Positions 51,146 to 59,299 of a DNA stretch of 64,000 nt are shown here, one piece after another. Origin of the DNA: a virus; the IMG/VR virus record IMGVR_UViG_3300025141_000021; one strand, given 5' to 3'. Below the pieces are notes generated by a model that saw only the letters and a list, made by a program, of their open reading frames with translations, was not told the DNA's origin and did no database searches. The stretch's first letter is position 1; each line of letters begins with the position of its first letter. The translations under genes and the position numbers were made by a program.

Positions 51146-54100
51146 TTATTGCTGAACTTGCGCTAATCCTCGCTTTTTATCTATGACGATCTGCATATCA
51201 ACACAGTCTTTCAGATTATCCAAATGGGATATTAAAAGCACTGTTTTGAAGTGTCCCTTAATCATGTCTAAAATTCTAACAAACCCTTCCATATTTTCTT
51301 CATCTAGCGCTGTTCCAGGCTCGTCTAGAATAAATATGTTTGGTTTTGGCAGGTTTGACACATTAAGAAGGGCAAGTCGAATAGCCATTGCGGCAATCGT
51401 CTTTTCTGCTCCCGAGCCCATTTCAAGTGGGCGTGCGCCATACTTTGGATGCTTAATAAAGATATTAAGCTTTCTACTGTCGTTCTCAAAAAAGACTTCG
51501 AAATTGACCACATTGGTTAATACCTTTGCGATCTCTTCATTAATCACGGGAAGCTGCATTTTAATAATATCATATGATATACCGCTTGTATGCATTGCGC
51601 GCATATATAAATCATATGCGGAAAACTCTTCTCGCAATGACTTAAGCTCTTCTTTTTGGCTTTCTAAATTATTGACCCTTTGTTCGAGCGAGCCGTGATT
51701 TTTATATAAATCAAGAAGCTCGGCTTCACATTGTTCTAAAGACTTAGTATTCGCCGTAATTGTATTTTTAAGTTCTTCTTTTTCCAACAGCAACGCTTCT
51801 AAATTTTCAATTGCCTCTTTGTTTTCTTCATATTTCTTGGCTTTGTCTTCCATATTCTCAATAAAAAGTTCAAGCCTGGCAATTTGAGAATCGTTCTTTT
51901 CGATCTCCAATTTTGTTGATGTTAACTCACGAGTAGTTTCTTGCCTTTTGTCAACAATCTTGTTATATTTTGCTAATTGACTATCGACCTTTTCTGGATC
52001 TAATTCTGCAAGGTCTTTGTTAATTACGCTTCGGCGGCTGCAAAAATTTATTAATACCTGTTGAGTTGAGCCTAGTTGTTTTCGCGCTGCAATAGCGTCA
52101 TGTAAAAATTTACATGTAGGAAACTGGTCTCCGCAAGGCACCTCTTTTAAAAGCTCAGTCTTTTTTTCTTCTCGCTCAAGTTTTTCTTCTGTTCTACAGA
52201 CTTCGTTATATAACTTATCGGAAGTTTCCTGTTTTTCTTTAATTAATTCACTATCTTTTATCAGTTGTTTTGAATTATAAGCCGCCAAGAATTCACTAAT
52301 TTTGTCAAAAAACCTTTCACGCGTATTTAGCTTTGTGTGCAGTCTTTCATTTTCATTTCTAAACTGATCTAGTTCTTCTCTATTAATAATTAGCTCATTA
52401 TTAAGCTCTATGATATCGATAACCTCTGCAGGAATTGCTGCAATGGATGCCGTAATTGTATCAATTCCTTTTTTGGTTTTTTCTATTGTCTTCTTAACTT
52501 TTCCACATTCTTTCTTCTTGTCCTCGGTTGTGTTCTCGTTGACAAAAAGCTCTTTGGTTACAGCCAAAATTTCATCATCAAACTCGCGCCCTTCGAGCCG
52601 TTTGAGCGCACCTTTAAGATCTGCAGCATCCTCCTTTGCAATCTTAAACTTCTTTTCAAAAACTTCTAAATCGAGGAATTTAGCTAAAATTTCTTTTCTT
52701 CTTGTTGATCCCTCGCTAATAAACAATAGAGAACCAAGCTGAGAAGACATCGATGTAAGCAGAAAATCGTCTAATGATCCAAACATACGACGAATGTTCT
52801 TATCTGTATCGTTTCTTGTCATTCCGTTCAGACTGACAATTTCATCAATAACAGGATCATAAGAAGAAAAGTTTACATCAGTCTTTGCTTCTGTCGTTTC
52901 TTCACCGTGTAATCGTTTTTGATATTTTTCAGAAATACGCTCAATTGATATCAACTTATTGCCAACAAGAATTTCAGCCTTTCCAGAACCAACATTTTTG
53001 GTTTGATTAATGACATTCAAATTTTTGCGGACGTTCTTTGACGTTGAGTTATACATTGTATATAAGAGGCTGTCAATGATACTTGATTTGCCAGAATAAT
53101 TCTTTCCAAATATTCCAACAGTTCCGTTTAAGCTATCAAAATCAATATAGTTATTCCCGCCATAATTAAATAAATTGTCCCACTCCAGGCGCTTCAGTCT
53201 CCACTTAACGTTGCGGGAAACTTCTTCGCTCTCTTCCGCCAACGCATTGTATTTATTATTAAGTTCAAAGACTTTTTGAAGCACCTCTTCCTCAATTTCA
53301 TAGTCCTTCAAATATTCGCCAATTAGTTTCTCTTGCACCGCAAGATCGCGCAAATCTTCAATTCGAATATTATTAGTTAAGTCTTCAACGTTTGCTTCGT
53401 TTCTCGCTCGATTTAAATAAGTAATTGCTTCAGGTCTAAACCTGCGCTTGGCTATATCAATAGCTTTTCGTAGGGCGTCGACAGATACCTTATTGCTACT
53501 TACGAGGCGCAGGCGGGCGCCTTCTGGTATTGTGAGGGCCCGGGGCAGGCGACCTTTGGGAGTTAGTTCAATGGTAATAAACGGCTTAGGATTCTTAAGC
53601 AGGCGATGTTCAACATTGAAGGTGTCCTTGTCTTTAATGTCCCAAATCAAAATCCCCTTATCATTGGTCTCGCCATGGTTTTGTTGGATTGTTGAACCGA
53701 CATATCTTACTCTGCCTTCGTGATCCAATATCTGATTTGTCTTATGAATATCTCCTAAAAATGCAAAATCATGTCCTTCAAAAATTGAAACATCATGATC
53801 GCCATGTTCCATCACCCAGCCAACATCTGTCGTGACTCCTGCGATTGAACCGTGATAAAGCGCAATATTAATCTTATCGACGTTGGTTGGTTCGACCCAC
53901 GCGTCTTCATCAAAAATAGACAGGACGTTCAAACAATAATTATTATCTAAATGAACCTCGCCAGACTGTTTTAACAGATGTAGATCATCTAATTCTAGTG
54001 CTTCAACAATTGGTGTAATTGCGTCTTGTCGACTGCTATTTTTTAGGTTGCCATCGTGATTACCAAGAATAACATACGTTGGTGCGATCTCGGCTAAGTT

Positions 54101-54295
54101 GCGGAAAAAATTGGAACACATGTCGACAAACTCTGGTGAAAGCTGTGTCTTCGTATGAGCGATATCTCCGCAATGGACAATATAGTCCACCTTTTCTTTT
54201 CGTAATATTTCATAAAGCTGGTCAAAAACTTTACGGTATTCATAATGATATTTTAGATTTTTAATATGTGTATCAGCTAAATGTGCAAATTTCAT
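51146..54295 (-). CDS. Fused Mre11/SbcD nuclease + Rad50/SbcC ATPase (gp47-gp46), 1049 aa
   Basis: N-terminal DTH, GDIAH, GNHD, YHG and GDIH metallophosphoesterase motifs; then Walker A GKNYSGKSS, coiled coils, Cys hook CGDQFPTC, MGSGAE signature, LDEP and ISH. Confidence 0.92.
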   Translation of the reverse strand: MKFAHLADTHIKNLKYHYEYRKVFDQLYEILRKEKVDYIVHCGDIAHTKTQLSPEFVDMCSNFFRNLAEIAPTYVILGNHDGNLKNSSRQDAITPIVEALELDDLHLLKQSGEVHLDNNYCLNVLSIFDEDAWVEPTNVDKINIALYHGSIAGVTTDVGWVMEHGDHDVSIFEGHDFAFLGDIHKTNQILDHEGRVRYVGSTIQQNHGETNDKGILIWDIKDKDTFNVEHRLLKNPKPFITIELTPKGRLPRALTIPEGARLRLVSSNKVSVDALRKAIDIAKRRFRPEAITYLNRARNEANVEDLTNNIRIEDLRDLAVQEKLIGEYLKDYEIEEEVLQKVFELNNKYNALAEESEEVSRNVKWRLKRLEWDNLFNYGGNNYIDFDSLNGTVGIFGKNYSGKSSIIDSLLYTMYNSTSKNVRKNLNVINQTKNVGSGKAEILVGNKLISIERISEKYQKRLHGEETTEAKTDVNFSSYDPVIDEIVSLNGMTRNDTDKNIRRMFGSLDDFLLTSMSSQLGSLLFISEGSTRRKEILAKFLDLEVFEKKFKIAKEDAADLKGALKRLEGREFDDEILAVTKELFVNENTTEDKKKECGKVKKTIEKTKKGIDTITASIAAIPAEVIDIIELNNELIINREELDQFRNENERLHTKLNTRERFFDKISEFLAAYNSKQLIKDSELIKEKQETSDKLYNEVCRTEEKLEREEKKTELLKEVPCGDQFPTCKFLHDAIAARKQLGSTQQVLINFCSRRSVINKDLAELDPEKVDSQLAKYNKIVDKRQETTRELTSTKLEIEKNDSQIARLELFIENMEDKAKKYEENKEAIENLEALLLEKEELKNTITANTKSLEQCEAELLDLYKNHGSLEQRVNNLESQKEELKSLREEFSAYDLYMRAMHTSGISYDIIKMQLPVINEEIAKVLTNVVNFEVFFENDSRKLNIFIKHPKYGARPLEMGSGAEKTIAAMAIRLALLNVSNLPKPNIFILDEPGTALDEENMEGFVRILDMIKGHFKTVLLISHLDNLKDCVDMQIVIDKKRGLAQVQQ

Positions 54296-55221
54296 AAATT
54301 CATAATTTGATAAAGAAGATAATTTTCTTCCGTCATCGGAAGAGCGTCGGCTTTTCTAATGTTATATTCTTCTTTTGTCATTTCTCCAACGTCTGAGTAT
54401 GGTCCCAAGTCTACTTTATACAATTCAACTCCATACGCCAGAAGATTTTTTATAAGCCTCATTGCCTTTTTTTCAACATCAGAATCAAGCGCAATGTATA
54501 TTGGTGTGTCGTGTCTCACAATTTCTTTGAATAATTTGGAATTTTCATGTAGGGAAGATCCCAATATTGGCACTGCATTCGGGCCAGCAACAATCGCATC
54601 GAATATCCCTTCAACAATCGACAAGTTTGTCGTCCAGTCAAGATATAAACCATTAAACACAATATTTTTGCCAACCGGGGGATTCATATACTTCTGCCAG
54701 TTACCATTATAGCTCCTCCCGACAAAATAGTCAACTAATCCTTTATCATTAAACGACGGAACAACTACCCGACCTTCATATTTACCGCTTACGCAATATC
54801 CAATCTTCCAACGAATAATGTCTTTTTTCGTTATTCCTCGATTTTGTAAATATTTTTTTGCTGGTAAAGATGAGAGTGATAAATTTTTATTCGCTAATGA
54901 AATGAATTCATCTGGCAATCTAGCTATTTGTTCTTCTTCCTCGTCATCCTCAAATAATTTGTCAAACTCGCTTAAGTCTAGATGCTCATCAAATTCTCCC
55001 CAACCTTTTCGGTCATTAAACGTACCATATCTTCGAACCAAGCGGCGTAACGAAGAACCGGAATAATCACAAATCCAACATTTAAATTTATCAATATCAA
55101 TGTTGACACTTAATTTACGTTTGTGGTGATCGCATCGAGGGCAAAAGAAAAGAATTTGTTCACCTTCTCGGTGATAGCCTCCCAATATTTCTTTTAAGAT
55201 TTTGAGTTTGTCTGTATCCAT
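54292..55221 (-). CDS. dnaG: DNA primase (zinc finger + TOPRIM)
   Basis: CPRCDHH....CWIC, YFVGR, VEGIFD, ALDSD and DVGEM. Confidence 0.9.
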   Translation of the reverse strand: MDTDKLKILKEILGGYHREGEQILFFCPRCDHHKRKLSVNIDIDKFKCWICDYSGSSLRRLVRRYGTFNDRKGWGEFDEHLDLSEFDKLFEDDEEEEQIARLPDEFISLANKNLSLSSLPAKKYLQNRGITKKDIIRWKIGYCVSGKYEGRVVVPSFNDKGLVDYFVGRSYNGNWQKYMNPPVGKNIVFNGLYLDWTTNLSIVEGIFDAIVAGPNAVPILGSSLHENSKLFKEIVRHDTPIYIALDSDVEKKAMRLIKNLLAYGVELYKVDLGPYSDVGEMTKEEYNIRKADALPMTEENYLLYQIMNL

Positions 55222-55706
55222 CCAGCTCTCGCGATTATCAATGAATCCGCCCTGTCAAACATTCCTGGCTTAGGGTTTTCGTATATAGTATATTCTATAT
55301 CAAAATCGGGTTCATTGTCAAGCAAAAACTTTAGTACTACTTCTTTGGCTTTCTCCCCTCGTGGCACTTTAATTCCGCACTGCTTTCTTGCAGAAGATGC
55401 AGAAAGATATTTTGGTTCAATTTTTAATAAATCATAACACATCCATGATATTATACCATTAAATCTAGATAATGTTGATAGTGTATTTGCTGAAGAAAAT
55501 CCTGAACGAAAAGCTTGCAAAGACTGCTCTATGTAGATTTCATCAATATCTTGTAATTTTGTCAATTCATTTTTTACTTTTTCTGCTTTGCTAAAAATGT
55601 TTTTAATTTTACGAAGATCCCATGCTTCACAACGCACAATTTTATTTTTATTATTTAATACGGTGAAGCCAACAAAGCTGGTGCTCACATCAAGTCCAAG
55701 AATCAT
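55194..55706 (-). CDS. RuvC-like Holliday junction resolvase
   Basis: ILGLDVST, IYIEQ and DRADSLIIA acidic motifs. Confidence 0.8.
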   Translation of the reverse strand: MILGLDVSTSFVGFTVLNNKNKIVRCEAWDLRKIKNIFSKAEKVKNELTKLQDIDEIYIEQSLQAFRSGFSSANTLSTLSRFNGIISWMCYDLLKIEPKYLSASSARKQCGIKVPRGEKAKEVVLKFLLDNEPDFDIEYTIYENPKPGMFDRADSLIIARAGWIQTNSKS

Positions 55707-55707
55707 T

Positions 55708-57159
55708 TTAAAAATCTAACTTAAGTTTAAACGTGAGATCTCTATCTTCGGTCTTCTTTACTGGTCTGGCTACCTTTGCGATTGCAATTAAGTTTTTATC
55801 TTTATCATATATGCCAATCTTTGAAATATATGTAATTTTCTCAAAGCTACCAGTTGGATCTGCATAATCAGTTTTTACAATATTTTTAATTTGAATTTCT
55901 TTATTTTCAATAAATTGGAAGTCATTTGTCGATGCACTTAAGGCATTCCACGCATTTCGGCCGTATTTGATATACGTTGGATTATTCGAATGATTAACCT
56001 CGCCCTTTGGTGCGTGAACCAACATTGTTGCTGTTGGAGTATAATTTGTTCCTTTAAACGAAAAACGATATGCAGTAGTGGCTGCCGATCCGGTCGCCCC
56101 AAAATATAGCCATTTTGGAGATTCTGCTCCAGAAGTCTCTGGATCATAGTTTGCATCAGTGTGGCTGCCGCCCTCCGCCTCAATCATATTCCAACTGCCT
56201 GTTAATAATACAAACCCTTCATTATACAATACAACGCCGGCAACACTTCCAGACCCCGTACTGCCAGTTGGCTCTGTTTGTATCAACTCTCCGTTTTCAT
56301 TTTGATCTTGAAGTCTTCCAATTAGCGTTCCGGTTACATAGAATTTAAGATCGACGGTTCCTTTTTTAATCGAGGAACCATAGAAAATTGAAGGAATGTT
56401 AATAAGATTAATGGCTTGAGTTTCTTTATTACAACCGGGCACTAAAGAAGAAGTGAAAGAATAATGTGGACTAAGATATCTGTAATAATCTAGTGTATTT
56501 TTTAGCGCTATAATTCGTTGTCTACGATCTATTGTAAAGTCCTCGCCCAACGCTGTTCCGGCATCGTCGACCGCTAAAATTTTATGGTGGTCACCGTTGA
56601 ACACGCCTAGGTATTTGGCGCGGTGAACATTGTCATCCGCATTGCCGGGATATGTCTGGGCGTATTCAATGGTGCCACAGCGAGTAGCGGGATCATGTAA
56701 GCTCATCGATCTGTTGGTTAGTATGCCGCCAACAATATATATTCTACTTATTGAAGCGGATAGGGGGTACGAGCCAGATATCGCCTCGCCTTGCGCAAAA
56801 TCATGATCGATAATCGCAGCAGAACCAGATGTTGAAAGGGTTCTCATTCCCACCCTTGTGCCGTCTTTTGTTATAAATGGATAAATAAGAGGAGCGCCGC
56901 CGCGATAGCCGGTGCCCGAATCATAAGCCGGGGATGTCGATGCCTGCCATGGATCTCGGCTAGCCTCTCTGTCTATATTAAGTTCATATAAGCTTACATA
57001 TCCGAGAGGAACATGGCCTACGTTGCTAACCCTTGATCCGCTTATTGCTGCCCTATTGTTGTAATAAGTGTTTCCATCGTGTATTAAAAAATCACACTGA
57101 GGGTGTGTTTTTACCCGATTATAAAAAATATCACTTTGTTCGAATTTGTAAAGGCCCAT
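55708..57159 (-). CDS. Virion baseplate/fibre-collar protein, paralogue A (483 aa)
   Basis: C-terminus YISKIGIYDKDKNLIAIAKVARPVKKT resembles the C-terminal half of tail-collar fibre domains; paralogous to 57182-58267. Confidence 0.6.
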   Translation of the reverse strand: MGLYKFEQSDIFYNRVKTHPQCDFLIHDGNTYYNNRAAISGSRVSNVGHVPLGYVSLYELNIDREASRDPWQASTSPAYDSGTGYRGGAPLIYPFITKDGTRVGMRTLSTSGSAAIIDHDFAQGEAISGSYPLSASISRIYIVGGILTNRSMSLHDPATRCGTIEYAQTYPGNADDNVHRAKYLGVFNGDHHKILAVDDAGTALGEDFTIDRRQRIIALKNTLDYYRYLSPHYSFTSSLVPGCNKETQAINLINIPSIFYGSSIKKGTVDLKFYVTGTLIGRLQDQNENGELIQTEPTGSTGSGSVAGVVLYNEGFVLLTGSWNMIEAEGGSHTDANYDPETSGAESPKWLYFGATGSAATTAYRFSFKGTNYTPTATMLVHAPKGEVNHSNNPTYIKYGRNAWNALSASTNDFQFIENKEIQIKNIVKTDYADPTGSFEKITYISKIGIYDKDKNLIAIAKVARPVKKTEDRDLTFKLKLDF

Positions 57160-57166
57160 GCTATTA

Positions 57167-57175
57167 ATAAATAGC
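57167..57175 (-). promoter_or_regulatory. Putative late promoter GCTATTTAT
   Basis: Intergenic; shares 15 nt with the copy at 24009-24023; only 7 nt before the ATG. Confidence 0.55.
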
Positions 57176-57181
57176 TATTAA

Positions 57182-58267
57182 CTAATAATCTAGTCGAACT
57201 CTGAGCGTCAATTCTTGCTCCGGAGTTTTCTTTAACGGCTCTGATAATTTAGCAACAGCCAATAATTCATTATCTGCAGAATAAAGACCAATCGTTGTGA
57301 TATAAGAAACCGGAGAATCTATTCTAGTATTCTTACATCGAAGTTTGCTAGCAGATAAGTATGTTGGATTTGCACTATAGTTGAAATCATTGTGATTAAT
57401 ACGGCAGAAATATATTGTTGAATTCAATTCTGTGGTGTTATTAAACGATAGTGACTGCAATCGATTTCTTACTGTATCACAACTTGAAGTGATTGCTGAA
57501 CCTGAAAACACCATTGCGTAAGACGACGTGGCGCCCTGTCGGGCGTTTGCTGCTGTTCCACCTTGTGCTGGAGTTCCGAAATGACATTCTGGGCCAACAT
57601 ATCCAGTACCAACCAATGGAGGACCAAAAACTGATCCTGTTATAACTGCAATACCTGCTTGATAATAAATTAAGCCAACGCCTGTATTGGTTTGCGCGGC
57701 GGAAGCTGTATAGAGAATTGCATATTCACCGGCTGGTGAGTTAACTCTAAAGTCGTTAGCAGCACCATGGTCTTGAAGTGTGAGAACTCCAGTTGGCAAC
57801 TCTGGTACGCCGCCCGTTAGAAACGTAACAGAGAACGTTCCCTTCTTAATTTCATCTTTAGTTAATAGTCTTGAAAAATTGAGAAAAACAACTTCTCTCA
57901 GTTTGGTGCCTGCCGTGAGATCTCCGTCTCTATCAAAATCCATGATGGCACCAGTAATATCGTGTCCAACTAGCACCTGAGCCATCTGATTGTAAATGTT
58001 AACTTTTTTGGAATTTTGTACATTGCTGGCGCCAGAAAGATAAGAATTTGAAGAATAGCCCATAGTAATATCAAAGATATGATTTGCCGAAGAGCTTAAA
58101 TAAGGATAATCATATACAGCTTGAAACATTCCGTGTGAAAAGTTTTTAATATTGTTATCTGAGTATGTACCTGAAACGATTGTTCCTGTAACCGGTAATG
58201 ATTCGTGAAGTAGTGTCCTAGACGAAACGGTGTCGTCATTCAAAAACGTTTTAAATACTGTTGCCAT
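57182..58267 (-). CDS. Virion baseplate/fibre-collar protein, paralogue B (361 aa)
   Basis: IKKGT, GLIYYQAG and YITTIGLYSADNELLAVAKLSEPLKKT shared with paralogue A. Confidence 0.6.
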   Translation of the reverse strand: MATVFKTFLNDDTVSSRTLLHESLPVTGTIVSGTYSDNNIKNFSHGMFQAVYDYPYLSSSANHIFDITMGYSSNSYLSGASNVQNSKKVNIYNQMAQVLVGHDITGAIMDFDRDGDLTAGTKLREVVFLNFSRLLTKDEIKKGTFSVTFLTGGVPELPTGVLTLQDHGAANDFRVNSPAGEYAILYTASAAQTNTGVGLIYYQAGIAVITGSVFGPPLVGTGYVGPECHFGTPAQGGTAANARQGATSSYAMVFSGSAITSSCDTVRNRLQSLSFNNTTELNSTIYFCRINHNDFNYSANPTYLSASKLRCKNTRIDSPVSYITTIGLYSADNELLAVAKLSEPLKKTPEQELTLRVRLDY

Positions 58268-58286
58268 TGTTTATCCTATCCTTAAA

Positions 58287-59222
58287 TTAGCAAGTTGAGT
58301 CTGCAGTTTTGAGCTTAACAAAGCGCACAGGCACATCAAGTCTATATCCGGTCGTTGCCCCCGTAACTCTTACCATGGTATCGATGTAATAAAAACAACT
58401 ATTGCCACTATCCGCACTAGTCATTGTAACAGTACTGCCAAGTTTTGTAAACAAATAGGTGCTGCTATTTAATTCGGTCGATGCCCCAATCTTAAATTCT
58501 ATAATTGTGCCCCTAGGGCCAGCAATAGTTTGATTAGTGTCTGTTGATAAGTTCTTGGGGTTTCTTCGAACATATTGAGAATCTGTGCCGACTGATAAAA
58601 AGTAACTTGCAATGTTATCATCATCAACAAAAGAAACATTTGCCGCTGTAGCCGAGGCGCCAATTGACATAACCCTTCCAAATCGATTATCCATTTCAAT
58701 AATATATTGAGTTTCTACAAGATCTGCCGAAAGTGGAATCTGGGGAGTTTGTTCTGTTGTGTCTAGTCCTTGATCCAGCCTGATGAATCCACCCGCATCA
58801 GAAGTTGTTTCTCCATTAAGCAATCCAGTCGCAGTGCCGAGATCGTTTTCAGTATTTTTATCAACCATCACGACAAAGGCGCCAACTGAGTGCATAGCAT
58901 GTTTGCCGGTGCTCGGAAGCTGATTGAGCTTTAAAACTGGCAAATATAATAAATCTGTCCTAGGAACAGAAAGTAGTTTTGATTTCATTAAAGAGGTGTT
59001 GTTTGTAAACGCTTCAAGAACCGGAGTTTGAAGAATTTCTAAATCGAAATATGCGCTGCCGCTAGCGTGATCTTTATTATAAGTTGTATAATCAATTTCA
59101 TCGTCAGCTAAAGCAAATTTTACAATTCTAAATGATCCATCGCCCTTTGCTAATCTAAACCTGCCAGTGTCGGTTAACACTGCATCTAAAATAATATCTC
59201 CGCTATTGTCAAGAAATCCCAT
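58287..59222 (-). CDS. Virion baseplate/fibre-collar protein (311 aa)
   Basis: DAVLTDTGRFRLAKG...IVKFALADDEIDY resembles the N-terminus of tail-collar fibre (P2 gpH/DUF3751-like) domains. Confidence 0.6.
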   Translation of the reverse strand: MGFLDNSGDIILDAVLTDTGRFRLAKGDGSFRIVKFALADDEIDYTTYNKDHASGSAYFDLEILQTPVLEAFTNNTSLMKSKLLSVPRTDLLYLPVLKLNQLPSTGKHAMHSVGAFVVMVDKNTENDLGTATGLLNGETTSDAGGFIRLDQGLDTTEQTPQIPLSADLVETQYIIEMDNRFGRVMSIGASATAANVSFVDDDNIASYFLSVGTDSQYVRRNPKNLSTDTNQTIAGPRGTIIEFKIGASTELNSSTYLFTKLGSTVTMTSADSGNSCFYYIDTMVRVTGATTGYRLDVPVRFVKLKTADSTC

Positions 59223-59238
59223 ATTTTTTCCTCTCTAA

Positions 59239-59275
59239 ATAATTAGTGCTTAATTTAAGATACACTATAAATAGT
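59239..59275 (-). promoter_or_regulatory. Two putative late promoters (ACTATTTAT 59275-59267; ACTAATTAT 59247-59239)
   Basis: Tandem motifs upstream of the GAGG RBS. Confidence 0.6.
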
Positions 59276-59299
59276 CATTAATTCAGCTAAATTTCCTTT

